32,204 bases of DNA from the IMG/VR virus record IMGVR_UViG_3300042465_004912, positions 1 to 32,204 of that record; one strand, written 5' to 3'. This DNA is from a virus. Lineage: Duplodnaviria > Caudoviricetes. Positions 17,101 through 25,434 of the stretch are shown here, in pieces. The notes beneath the pieces are model-generated. The model made no database searches. It saw nothing but the letters and a program-made list of their open reading frames with translations, and was not told the DNA's origin. The translations under genes were made by a program, and so were the position numbers. Positions within the stretch are counted from its first letter, which is position 1. The number at the start of each line of letters is the position of its first letter.

Positions 17101-17417
17101 CCCCGATCCAAGACCGCCTTTTCCTCGCTGCACTAGCTCAAGCCGGAATTCCGGCCCCGGTTGCTGAGTATAAGTTCCATCCGATCCGCAAATGGCGGTT
17201 TGATTTCTGTTGGCCGGACCAAAGACTGGCGTTGGAAATTCAGGGCGGTATTTTCAACAACGGCAGGCACTCCCGAGGGGCGGCAATGCTGAAAGAGTGG
17301 GAGAAGCTTAATACGGCTGCTGGCATGGGATTTCGACTCATCTATTGCCAGCCTGCTGACTGCATTAAAATCGAAACCATCAACGCCATCAAGGCCGCAC
17401 TAAACCCAACCAATTAA
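17097..17417 (+). CDS. PD-(D/E)XK endonuclease (Vsr/DUF559-like, possible resolvase)
   Basis: EYKFHPIRKWRFDFCWP..LALEIQGG..GRH.R...EKLN.A. Confidence 0.8.
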   Translation: MTPIQDRLFLAALAQAGIPAPVAEYKFHPIRKWRFDFCWPDQRLALEIQGGIFNNGRHSRGAAMLKEWEKLNTAAGMGFRLIYCQPADCIKIETINAIKAALNPTN

Positions 17418-17421
17418 ACCA

Positions 17422-18054
17422 ATGAGAAATGTAAACTGCCCCAAGACCAAAGTCTGGATTCGATCCGATGCTTTTGGAGGACTTGGCACCAAATTTGAAC
17501 CGGCATGGCTTGTATCTGTCAGGGCCATGAGGAACCGACCGTTTTGTTTTCAGGCTTGGATCGAAAAGTTCGCGGCTTGTTATGACAAGATTCCGCCGCA
17601 GTGCTTGTATTGGTTTGAACCGGACGAAAACCACAAACCACTCCCGTTGCATAAAGTGCAGATGTGGGAATGTTTGTCAGGTGCCATCGAAGTGTGGAGG
17701 AAAGACCAACTTAACGACGTCCCGGTGCTGGTCAACCTCGGCAAGGGATCGCCACCAATCCGGGGGCACTACTGGTTCACAATTGATTTCATGCCAGAAT
17801 CACAGGCACAAGGTATCCTCGACGTTGGCGACTCGGAACTGCTGGAGGAACACAAGGAAGGCAACGTGATCCGGTTGGAGAACGGACAGATTGCGATCTA
17901 TCCCAACAACCGCATCAAGTGGCTTCCCGTGTCTCTGACCGGCAAAAACGCGGCCAGCACAATCCCCAACTGGGACGTCGCCACTAACGCTCAATGGGAC
18001 GAGTGGTGGTCCGACAGCGACGAAATCCTCGGCGACGCAAAATGGGCATACTAA
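17422..18054 (+). CDS. Conserved-looking phage hypothetical protein (Trp-rich)
   Basis: 210 aa with YWFTIDF..EHKEGNVIRLENGQIAIYPNNRIKW. Confidence 0.6.
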   Translation: MRNVNCPKTKVWIRSDAFGGLGTKFEPAWLVSVRAMRNRPFCFQAWIEKFAACYDKIPPQCLYWFEPDENHKPLPLHKVQMWECLSGAIEVWRKDQLNDVPVLVNLGKGSPPIRGHYWFTIDFMPESQAQGILDVGDSELLEEHKEGNVIRLENGQIAIYPNNRIKWLPVSLTGKNAASTIPNWDVATNAQWDEWWSDSDEILGDAKWAY

Positions 18055-18063
18055 GACACGACC

Positions 18064-18342
18064 ATGACAGACGAAGAGAAAGCCAAAGCCAGAGCACAAG
18101 CCAAGCGGTTCCTGCCTGCACCATTACCCGATCCGCCAACCGATCCGGCACCGGCACAGAAAAAGCGCACCAAGAAGATCAGGGACATGCCCATGAAGGT
18201 CTACGTCAAAAGAGCAAGATCGATCAGGATGTACTCTGTCCAGCTTTGCAAGGATGGCAAAATCTTCACTGCCGGTGAATACCCAACGGTCGAGGATGCC
18301 TGCCGAGCCGCGCAGGAGTGGACCGACAAGCTGGATAAATAA
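18064..18342 (+). CDS. Small protein with AP2-like DNA-binding C-terminus
   Basis: YSVQLCKDGKIFTAGEYPTVEDACRAA. Confidence 0.5.
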   Translation: MTDEEKAKARAQAKRFLPAPLPDPPTDPAPAQKKRTKKIRDMPMKVYVKRARSIRMYSVQLCKDGKIFTAGEYPTVEDACRAAQEWTDKLDK

Positions 18343-18418
18343 TCCTTGCGCGATTTCGGGAACCTGCTTGAATGCGGTATCCCGATGGGATGCGGAATTG
18401 AACCCCCGCTCTGAGAAC

Positions 18419-18508
18419 ATGAAAACTTTGCCACCCCTCCAAGAATTGTCTGCGTTTGTTCCGCAGGGTTCAACTTTTCTGGAGGCGGTGGCCTTTTTAT
18501 TGTTATGA
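18419..18508 (+). CDS. Candidate 29-aa leader peptide coupled to the replication initiator
   Basis: MKTLPPLQELSAFVPQGSTFLEAVAFLLL* reads through the hairpin, and its TGA overlaps the initiator ATG (ATGA). Confidence 0.4.
   Translation: MKTLPPLQELSAFVPQGSTFLEAVAFLLL
18430..18498 (+). terminator. Long attenuator/terminator-like hairpin directly upstream of the initiator gene
   Basis: GCCACC-CCTCCA...TGGAGG-C-GGTGGC stem followed by CTTTTT, 6 nt before the ATG at 18505. Confidence 0.65.
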
Positions 18509-19302
18509 GAATCCGTACAATCAAACCCGAGTTCTTCCTGCATGAAGGGCTTGTTGAACTGGAGCAATCCAGCAAGCTGCCTGTTCGCTTGGCTTTCATT
18601 GGCCTTTGGTGTATTGCAGACCGTGAAGGCCGGTTCAAATGGGAACCACGCAAACTGGGAGTGCAGGTCTTCCCTTACGAGTCAGTGAACTTTGCCGAGG
18701 TGCTGGGTGCCCTTGAGGGGACCGGCATGATCCTGCGCTACGGAGCATCCGGTGAGTATGGGTGCATCCCCAGCTTCCTTTCCCATCAGTGCATCAACCT
18801 GCGGGAAGCGAAGTCCAACCTGCCGGAATACACGGAAACGCATGTGCATGCACGTGCATGCATGGAAGTTACAAACGAGGCAGAACTCTTCGTAAATCCT
18901 GCACGTGGGGAAGGGAAGGGAAAGGAAGTGGAAGGGAAGGGAAATGGAAGGGAAATGGAAGGGAAGGAGTTTGGCGATTCCGCCAAGCAAAAAAACACTG
19001 CCAAGGCAAAATGCCCAGAGGAGGTCGAGGCGTTTGCCGTGTCCCTCGGGTGCCCTGCCGGTCAAGGTGCTGCCGCCTATTGGAAATGGGAAGGCAACGG
19101 ATGGACGAACGGCAAGGCACCGATCAAGGACTGGAAAGCAACCGTCCGGTCATGGAAGGCGCAGGGCTATGCTCCATTCCTGCCCGAGGCTCCGGCCAAG
19201 GCAGCACCAAAGTCATTCGCGCAAATCGACCGAGAAGACAAGGAAGCCTCCCGGTACGGTGCGATCACCATCAAAGCCAAAGTACTAACCTTAGAAGGAT
19301 AA
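18505..19302 (+). CDS. Phage replication initiator (lambda O-like organisation)
   Basis: N-terminal RIRTIKPEFF..FIGLWCIADREGR, central low-complexity linker, C-terminal NGW..GKAPIKDWKATVRSW. Followed by a DnaC-like gene. Confidence 0.8.
   Translation: MRIRTIKPEFFLHEGLVELEQSSKLPVRLAFIGLWCIADREGRFKWEPRKLGVQVFPYESVNFAEVLGALEGTGMILRYGASGEYGCIPSFLSHQCINLREAKSNLPEYTETHVHARACMEVTNEAELFVNPARGEGKGKEVEGKGNGREMEGKEFGDSAKQKNTAKAKCPEEVEAFAVSLGCPAGQGAAAYWKWEGNGWTNGKAPIKDWKATVRSWKAQGYAPFLPEAPAKAAPKSFAQIDREDKEASRYGAITIKAKVLTLEG
18845..18969. repeat. Probable replication origin inside the initiator gene
   Basis: Perfect 18-bp palindrome TGCATGCACGTGCATGCA (18845-18862), a second TGCACGTG (18900-18907), then a purine-rich run of GGGAA/GGAAG units to about 18969. 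Confidence 0.55.
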
Positions 19303-19306
19303 ACTC

Positions 19307-19954
19307 ATGAACGAAATCCCAGACGCAATCGACCCACTCGAGATCACCCGGAAGTTGCAACGCGCAGTCGATGCCCACCAGAAGTTCCAGCATGCCCCGC
19401 AAATCGCCGGAAAGGCACCAAACAGCGAGGATATGGAGAAAGTAGGGTATCCACTGCGGGCACTGCTTTGCGTGCCTAAAATGGAGGGTATTGGACTGCA
19501 ATGGGCGCAGCAGCTTTTACCACTCGCCATGGGTGATGGTCTCATCATCCTCGCTGGCAACCCCGGCACCGGCAAAACGGTGATCGCCACATGGCTGGGA
19601 CTCCGGCGGATATTCGCCGGGAAAAGCCCAGGCAAGTTCCTGACTGCCTACGAACTATTCTCCCGCATGAAGCAATGCTGGGGCAAGAACGAGGACAGCG
19701 AGGCAGTGCTGGCAGCGTGGAAGAAGACGCCATTTCTCGTGATTGATGAGGCGCAAACCCGTGCCGGGACCGAGTGGGAAAACAACGTGTTGGACGAACT
19801 GATCAACGCCCGGTACGCGAAGATGCTGCCAACGGTAATCATTGCGAACATCACGATGGAGACCGCACAGAAAAGCCTCGGGCCGCGCATAATGGACCGG
19901 GCCAACGAGTGCGGCGGGATCGTGAACTGCGACTGGGAAAGTTACCGGAAGTGA
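19307..19954 (+). CDS. DnaC/IstB-like AAA+ ATPase (helicase loader)
   Basis: Walker A GNPGTGKT, Walker B FLVIDE, INARY..MLPTVIIAN, LGPRIMDR, WESYR. Confidence 0.9.
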   Translation: MNEIPDAIDPLEITRKLQRAVDAHQKFQHAPQIAGKAPNSEDMEKVGYPLRALLCVPKMEGIGLQWAQQLLPLAMGDGLIILAGNPGTGKTVIATWLGLRRIFAGKSPGKFLTAYELFSRMKQCWGKNEDSEAVLAAWKKTPFLVIDEAQTRAGTEWENNVLDELINARYAKMLPTVIIANITMETAQKSLGPRIMDRANECGGIVNCDWESYRK

Positions 19955-20124
19955 ACACACTCACCGCAAACGCCGACAAAACGATCCGTGCCGCCAATGC
20001 AGCCGGAATGTCTGATGCTGCCATTTTGCGACTGATCGCCCAGATCATCGTCCGGCTGGAACGGCGAACTACCTGCACCCGGTGGGAGATGGTGGAGTTG
20101 CTGAAGCGATTGCTGGATCACTAA
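19951..20124 (+). CDS. Small hypothetical protein (GTG start)
   Basis: GTGA overlap with the DnaC-like stop; helical product. Confidence 0.45.
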   Translation: MNTLTANADKTIRAANAAGMSDAAILRLIAQIIVRLERRTTCTRWEMVELLKRLLDH

Positions 20125-20166
20125 GTGGGCACGATAAAAATAATTGAAGAAACTTCTTAAATGTAG

Positions 20167-20194
20167 TTGACGGCATTGGATTGGCGTGTACTCT
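20167..20194 (+). promoter_or_regulatory. Putative strong early promoter TTGACG-N16-TACTCT with AT-rich UP-like element
   Basis: Hexamers at 20167-20172 and 20189-20194, preceded by an AT-rich tract at about 20134-20162. Heads a run of small genes. Confidence 0.65.
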
Positions 20195-20232
20195 GGTGAC
20201 GGGAATTAACCCAGCCAAACAAGCCAAACCAA

Positions 20233-20571
20233 ATGACCAACCAAGCAGTTCCAGAAGTCTTTGTCCTCATCCGCTTTGTCAACGGTGACCAACTCACCCG
20301 CCGGTTCCACGCCTGTGAAAAAGCATGGCAGTGGGAAATCAAGACCCGGCACGAATACGCCAACCGCCGCAACAAGGAGACCCGAGTCGAAGTGCTGCTT
20401 AGCCTGTATGCAGGCTGCACCACCACCGGCAAGTCTTACGGCGGCATCCTCCACGGTTACGACCGATACGAGAACAACCTGCCCAACTACATCCGGCAGG
20501 AAGAGCAACGCCAAGCCAAGGCGCACTCCGAAGCCGAGATCAACGACATCCTTAATAAGTTCGCCGCCTAA
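20233..20571 (+). CDS. Early hypothetical protein
   Basis: First ORF after the promoter, with an A/C-rich leader. Confidence 0.6.
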   Translation: MTNQAVPEVFVLIRFVNGDQLTRRFHACEKAWQWEIKTRHEYANRRNKETRVEVLLSLYAGCTTTGKSYGGILHGYDRYENNLPNYIRQEEQRQAKAHSEAEINDILNKFAA

Positions 20572-20579
20572 TTCACCCC

Positions 20580-20598
20580 GCTGGGTTCCATCCCCAGC
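20580..20598 (+). repeat. T-arm-like hairpin 1 (GCTGGG-TTCCATC-CCCAGC)
   Basis: 6-bp stem with 7-nt TTCNATC loop, intergenic. Confidence 0.75.
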
Positions 20599-20620
20599 AA
20601 CTTCCAACCAATCCAATCCA

Positions 20621-20911
20621 ATGCAAACACGCCGTAAATCCCCCACTCTGACCACCGAAGAACGCGCAATTCTTGCCCTCCGTGCCCAAGGTGCCGCCCT
20701 TTGGCGCACCCGCAAAGGCACCAACCTTTCCGATCGCCATGTGCAGGGTAGCTGGGGCGACTACAGCTACTGCGCCCTCGACACTCCCGAGGGACTGACT
20801 GCCGAGCAGTACCTCAAAGCACTTAACGCCGCACGCCAACGCAGCTATCCCTCCTTCAAATTGGAAGACGGCAAAGTCATTGAAGAAAACTACTACTCAA
20901 TTGGCGACTAA
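20621..20911 (+). CDS. Early hypothetical protein
   Basis: MQTRRKSPTL... after an A/C-rich leader; start reassigned from 20261. Confidence 0.6.
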   Translation: MQTRRKSPTLTTEERAILALRAQGAALWRTRKGTNLSDRHVQGSWGDYSYCALDTPEGLTAEQYLKALNAARQRSYPSFKLEDGKVIEENYYSIGD

Positions 20912-20919
20912 ACATTTTA

Positions 20920-20938
20920 GCCGGGTTCAATCCCCGGC
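20920..20938 (+). repeat. T-arm-like hairpin 2 (GCCGGG-TTCAATC-CCCGGC, followed by ACCA)
   Basis: 6-bp stem with 7-nt TTCNATC loop, intergenic. Confidence 0.75.
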
Positions 20939-20962
20939 ACCAATCCCAACCAACCAACTACC

Positions 20963-21238
20963 ATGAGCAATCCAATCACCACCCACTCCCGCCACAACCA
21001 CTCCGTCACCGAGTACTTCTCCCGCAAAGACGACGACGGCGACGTCATTTACAGCTTCTCCAAAGATTTCACAGATACTTGGGACCAAGCAACGGAAGAC
21101 GTCCATGAACGCAAGAACAGCGACCCATGGCTCCGCATTGAGGAACTGGAAGCCAAGCTGGAGGCTTTGCAGGAAGAACTCAACGACTACCACTGGGCGC
21201 AGGACGTTCGCTCCAATCGCGTTGCTGAGTATTGCTAA
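20963..21238 (+). CDS. Early acidic hypothetical protein
   Basis: Asp/Glu-rich with a C-terminal coiled coil. Confidence 0.6.
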   Translation: MSNPITTHSRHNHSVTEYFSRKDDDGDVIYSFSKDFTDTWDQATEDVHERKNSDPWLRIEELEAKLEALQEELNDYHWAQDVRSNRVAEYC

Positions 21239-21245
21239 ACATCCC

Positions 21246-21266
21246 GCCGGGGTTCGATCCCCCGGC
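21246..21266 (+). repeat. T-arm-like hairpin 3 (GCCGGGG-TTCGATC-CCCCGGC)
   Basis: 7-bp stem with 7-nt TTCNATC loop, intergenic. Confidence 0.75.
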
Positions 21267-21289
21267 CAACCACCAACCAAACCACCACC

Positions 21290-21637
21290 ATGACCACCAT
21301 CCCTAAACTCATTCGCTATTCTTCCCCCGCCGGTCCCTACTGGTATCACCCCGATCACCCCGATTGCCAAGATGGCAACGTCGTCCACGAGGAGCCAGAG
21401 GGCTGGACTCTGCCGGAAGCCACTGGCATCGAAGCTGAGGTGATCCGGGACATTGCTGACAGGCAGCGTCTGGGCATCAAGAAGTACGGATGCACCGTCG
21501 CCGATAGCCTCGACAACATGTGCCAGCATGCTTACGAGGAAGCCCTCGACCTTGCCATCTACCTCAAGGCCGAACTCAGGCACCGGGTTAACGATCCGAA
21601 CTACAAGCACTACACCCATCACCAACCAAAACCATGA
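21290..21637 (+). CDS. Phage protein with possible all-alpha NTP-pyrophosphatase-like domain
   Basis: RQRLGIKKYG.T....QHAYEEALDLAIYL motif. Confidence 0.55.
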   Translation: MTTIPKLIRYSSPAGPYWYHPDHPDCQDGNVVHEEPEGWTLPEATGIEAEVIRDIADRQRLGIKKYGCTVADSLDNMCQHAYEEALDLAIYLKAELRHRVNDPNYKHYTHHQPKP

Positions 21638-21873
21638 ACAGATACGACCCGATACAATTCTTTGACCAAGGAGGCTCCACGCTGGGGCAAATGGAACGGC
21701 GCGACGATGGAGACTGGGTGCCGTTTGAGGATGCCGAGAAACTCCGCGACGCGCTGGAGCAGATTGCAAAAATCTATGAAATCCCAGAGCGGTCAACCAT
21801 GCATGCGCTTGCTGCTAAAGCTTATGATATGCGCTGCATTGCCAGAAACGCACTACTTTTGGAGCAACCATGA
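21634..21873 (+). CDS. Hypothetical protein
   Basis: DGDWVPFED..LRDALEQIA..IARNAL, ATGA-coupled. Confidence 0.55.
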   Translation: MNRYDPIQFFDQGGSTLGQMERRDDGDWVPFEDAEKLRDALEQIAKIYEIPERSTMHALAAKAYDMRCIARNALLLEQP

Positions 21874-22112
21874 AAGCAAAACCCCAAAAGACAGCCCATT
21901 CCGGCTTTTTACGCGAGCAAGTAAACCTCCTAAAGGGACACGGATGGATTGCTCACGCGAAGGAGTTTGAAGCAGCAATTACGGCTCTGCAAATCATCCA
22001 CACATGGGCAACATTTGACGGCGGTCGATGCCTTGATCCGCAAAACGTCGAGAAGCTGACCAAAAAAGCGCTGAAGGGATTTATTACAAGCAACCCAAAA
22101 CCAAAACCATGA
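21870..22112 (+). CDS. Hypothetical protein
   Basis: ATGA-coupled ORF. Confidence 0.55.
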   Translation: MKAKPQKTAHSGFLREQVNLLKGHGWIAHAKEFEAAITALQIIHTWATFDGGRCLDPQNVEKLTKKALKGFITSNPKPKP

Positions 22113-22498
22113 CAAAAGAAACCGCGTATCTCTACCTCCCGATTGTCCAAGCCCTTACTGAGGGCAAAACGATCCAGCATGGAATCGAGTGTGGACAATC
22201 AATAGTCTGGGATGATGTGAAAGACGTAAAATTCATTGAGTGCCCGGAAAAATACCGCATCAAGCCCGAACCAGTAATGATCCCGCTGGGGCCGGAGGAT
22301 GTGCCGCCGGGGAGCGCCATCAGGGGTATCGGATTCCCCGAATGGTGGATGGTAACAGGCGTCGCAAAAATCCAGATTAACTGTGGGGAAAGAACTTGGT
22401 CAACCTACGAGGCTCTTCAGAAAAATTGTGAGATCAAACGCCCCGGCGAGGACTGGATGCCTTGCCACAAGCCAGCTACAATTAATCCAAAACCATGA
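22109..22498 (+). CDS. Hypothetical protein
   Basis: ALTEGKTIQ..W..YRIKPEP motif common in phage accessory proteins. Confidence 0.6.
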   Translation: MTKETAYLYLPIVQALTEGKTIQHGIECGQSIVWDDVKDVKFIECPEKYRIKPEPVMIPLGPEDVPPGSAIRGIGFPEWWMVTGVAKIQINCGERTWSTYEALQKNCEIKRPGEDWMPCHKPATINPKP

Positions 22499-22728
22499 GC
22501 GAACTATTCGACGTTGAAGAAACCAAAAGTCCTCGCCTGATCTGGATGGATCGGCACGGGATTAAAGTAATTGCATTAAGAACCGGAGCCAAGTCTTTTA
22601 ACCGCTGGATGGCGTATAGGCATGACAGAGACTTCATTAATGCCAGTGCTTATGGACCAACCGAGGACGACGCAATTACCTTGCTTGCCGTTAAGTTGGG
22701 CATCCGGCTCTGGAACGAAAAAATCTAA
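22495..22728 (+). CDS. Hypothetical protein
   Basis: ATGA-coupled ORF. Confidence 0.55.
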   Translation: MSELFDVEETKSPRLIWMDRHGIKVIALRTGAKSFNRWMAYRHDRDFINASAYGPTEDDAITLLAVKLGIRLWNEKI

Positions 22729-22746
22729 TCAACCAAAACAAACACC

Positions 22747-22947
22747 ATGGACGCAAACGACCTGAAACAATACGAGACCATCATCAAACGCAAACCCGGT
22801 AGGCCAGCAGGCTCCGGAAATGGCCGCAAGGTCACCACTCGATCCATCTGCCTGTCCATCGTAGACTGGGACCGTCTAGATGCCGAGAGGGGCAGTCTAA
22901 GCCGAGGAGAGTGGGTACTCAGCAAGATGGGCAATATCCCCTATTGA
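22747..22947 (+). CDS. Small DNA-binding protein (AT-hook-like KPGRP plus RHH-like segment)
   Basis: RKPGRPAGSG..TRSICLS..DWDRLD...SRGEWV. Confidence 0.55.
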   Translation: MDANDLKQYETIIKRKPGRPAGSGNGRKVTTRSICLSIVDWDRLDAERGSLSRGEWVLSKMGNIPY

Positions 22948-22977
22948 TATCCCGGAGTTTGCGGAATACGCGATTTC

Positions 22978-23343
22978 ATGAAGTTGCTGATCATTACCGC
23001 CGAAGTGCTGAAGATGCTGCCAGGCCAAGGGCAGGGCACCTTCCGCAAACTCCTTGCCGCCCGGTGGATCGCGCCATGCACTCCCACAGTGCGACCGCTC
23101 TACCGATCCGCCGACGTCCTCGCCTGTCTCTCCCGTCTAGAGGCAGGCGAGGTTCCTGTACCCATCTACCGATGGCAATCATGCCTTGGCACCGACTCCC
23201 GCGCCGTCTCCCACCTGCTGCCCCTTAATGGCACCCGAGCCTACTGCGGCAAGACCGGCGAGTGGATGTCCCAAGCGAATGGCGCTGTCCAGTGCTCACG
23301 CTGCCAAGGTGCAGCCAAATCAATTACCGTCGAACCATCATGA
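22978..23343 (+). CDS. Hypothetical protein, Xis-like N-terminus with zinc-finger-like C-terminus
   Basis: PLYRSADVLACL; H...YCG...CSRC. Confidence 0.45.
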   Translation: MKLLIITAEVLKMLPGQGQGTFRKLLAARWIAPCTPTVRPLYRSADVLACLSRLEAGEVPVPIYRWQSCLGTDSRAVSHLLPLNGTRAYCGKTGEWMSQANGAVQCSRCQGAAKSITVEPS

Positions 23344-23735
23344 CCGATCCAACCGAACCGCTGGCGCTCCTCTGCGACGTCTGCAAAATGAAGTTCGTCC
23401 AACTCCTTCCCAAGCTCATGCGACAACTGGGGGACAACTGCATCAAGCTTTGTCGCAGATGTTCCTGCCAGACAAAACACACGATGCGTCCCATCAGTGA
23501 ACGAGTAAGTCGTATCGAACCGGCTCCGCACCAAAAGAAGCGCAAAGCACCATTGCAGTACAGTGCTGGCAAGACCGACGACGAAGCCATTGCCGCCGCA
23601 GCAGAGCGTGCAGGAGTCAGCATCCGCAAAGGAAAGTACAACGAGGAGACATACGGTAAACTGAAGTCACGCCTGAACCTTATCTCTGGCGGGAAGGAGA
23701 AGATGCCGTGGATGTACGGACTAGGGGAACTGTAA
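23340..23735 (+). CDS. Hypothetical zinc-finger-like basic protein
   Basis: CDVC...CRRC, ATGA-coupled; start reassigned from 23262. Confidence 0.5.
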   Translation: MTDPTEPLALLCDVCKMKFVQLLPKLMRQLGDNCIKLCRRCSCQTKHTMRPISERVSRIEPAPHQKKRKAPLQYSAGKTDDEAIAAAAERAGVSIRKGKYNEETYGKLKSRLNLISGGKEKMPWMYGLGEL

Positions 23736-23770
23736 ATTGACAGCAACCCGGTTTCCGTGGACTACTAAGC

Positions 23771-24127
23771 ATGACAGCAGGACAACTCAGATTTGCAGCC
23801 GGGATCGCGGCAGGACTCGGGGTCACCGAATCCTATGCCAAGGCATTCCCGAAATCCAAGAACCCAGAAAAAGACAGCGCAAGACTCATGTCAGAACGCA
23901 ACCCGGAAAAAGCCGGAATCACCGCTGAGATACAGAGACTCAGGATGAAAGCCGAGGACCGAGCCGGTGGTGTAGTCATGGACCTGATCGAAAAGCGCAC
24001 GATCCTCGCCCAGATCGCCAGAGGCGCAGAGAAGGACAACGACCGGATCGCCGCCATCAGAGCAGACAACGAACTCGGGCCGGACGGCTCCGACAACAAG
24101 TTGATTATCACCATCAATCGGGTATGA
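23771..24127 (+). CDS. terS: Terminase small subunit
   Basis: QLRFA....G...TESYAKAF..SARLM, DRIAAI. Immediately upstream of TerL. Confidence 0.75.
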   Translation: MTAGQLRFAAGIAAGLGVTESYAKAFPKSKNPEKDSARLMSERNPEKAGITAEIQRLRMKAEDRAGGVVMDLIEKRTILAQIARGAEKDNDRIAAIRADNELGPDGSDNKLIITINRV

Positions 24128-25434
24128 CCGTCACCCTGCCCCACAGGTTCGAGCCTCGACCGTACCAGCGGGGCATCATGCAAGCCATCTGCCAAGACGG
24201 CGTGAAGCGGGGCATCTGCGTGTGGCACCGAAGGGCGGGTAAAGACAAGACCTTCCTGAACATCATGGCCATAATGGCCGCACAGAAGATGGGCAACTAC
24301 GCCTACTTCTTCCCCACTGCCGTCCTCGGGCGCAAAGCCATGTGGGACAACATCGATGCCAACTCAGGCATGAAGGTCATCGACCACCTGCCGCCGGAGC
24401 TTGTGGCGAAGACCAACGAGCAGCAGATGAAGATCACGCTGGTCAATGGCAGCACGATCCAAATCCTCGGGACCGACACGCTCGACGTCGTTGGCGGCAA
24501 CCCCATTGGCGTGATCTTCTCCGAGTCAGCCCAGCACAACCCACTGGCATGGGACTACATCCGTCCGATCCTGCGGGAGAACGGCGGATGGTGCATCTTC
24601 AACGGAACGCCGCGTGGGAAGAACTGGTTCTATGACTTATTGGAGACCAATCGGGAAAACCCGGACTGGCATGTGGAGCGGCTCAGCGTGGAGGACACTG
24701 GCGCACTCAGTGCCGACGATGTGCAGGAGGAGCGGCGTTCCGGCATGCGCGAGGAGATGATCCGGCAGGAGTACTACTGCGATTTCTCCATTGGCCTTAT
24801 TGGTGCCATTTACGCTGATCTGCTGGACGAAGCGCGTGCCGACAACCGGATATCCAAAGACGTCGTCTGGGAGCGTGGATCGCTTGTCTGGACGGCATGG
24901 GATTTGGGAGCACCGGAGAACACTGCGGTATGGTATTTCCAAGAGATCGGAGGGGAGATCAGGGTCATTGATCATGACAGCGGTCTGCAACTTGGCACCG
25001 CACAACGAGTGGCCCACATGATCAAGAAGGGCTACAGCTACGCCGGTCATCTACTGCCGCACGATGCCGAGGCTACCCAGAAAAACTCCCTGTCGTTCAA
25101 GCAGGAATTGCAAAACGCCGGACTTGCCAACATTAAGGTAGTGCCCCGCACTCAGAACATCTGGCACGGCATCAGCAGGATGCGCGAGGTACTGCCCCGC
25201 TGCCGCTTTGCACTGCCGCAGTGCGCTGCTGGTATCAACGCACTGGAGTGGTACCACAGGCGCGAGGACAAGGCTAAGGGCTACATTGCCAATGAGCCTG
25301 TCCACGACTGGTCAAGCCACACTGCTGATGCCTTCCGTTATATTGGGGAAGCCATGTTGCAAGGAATGGTGGGCCGGAACAGTCTAGGTCATCAGTTCTT
25401 TGCCCCTCCAACCGTCAAGAAATACAGTGCCTAG
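24124..25434 (+). CDS. terL: Terminase large subunit
   Basis: PRPYQ, WHRRAGKD (Walker A), IFSESA, FNGTPRGKNWFY, QEYYCDF, AWDLG, LPHDA, PVHDWSSHTADAFRY. Confidence 0.95.
   Translation: MTVTLPHRFEPRPYQRGIMQAICQDGVKRGICVWHRRAGKDKTFLNIMAIMAAQKMGNYAYFFPTAVLGRKAMWDNIDANSGMKVIDHLPPELVAKTNEQQMKITLVNGSTIQILGTDTLDVVGGNPIGVIFSESAQHNPLAWDYIRPILRENGGWCIFNGTPRGKNWFYDLLETNRENPDWHVERLSVEDTGALSADDVQEERRSGMREEMIRQEYYCDFSIGLIGAIYADLLDEARADNRISKDVVWERGSLVWTAWDLGAPENTAVWYFQEIGGEIRVIDHDSGLQLGTAQRVAHMIKKGYSYAGHLLPHDAEATQKNSLSFKQELQNAGLANIKVVPRTQNIWHGISRMREVLPRCRFALPQCAAGINALEWYHRREDKAKGYIANEPVHDWSSHTADAFRYIGEAMLQGMVGRNSLGHQFFAPPTVKKYSA

Noticed and set aside
20571-21290. Possible tRNA genes or a CRISPR array at the GGTTCNATCCC hairpins
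   Set aside because: No D-arm, anticodon arm or acceptor stem is present. The elements are separated by whole genes of about 300 bp and are not identical repeats.
23737-23770. TTGACA upstream of terS as a promoter or third late motif
   Set aside because: Perfect -35, but no convincing -10 at 16-18 nt, and GGTTTCCGTGG matches the late motif only loosely and at different spacing.
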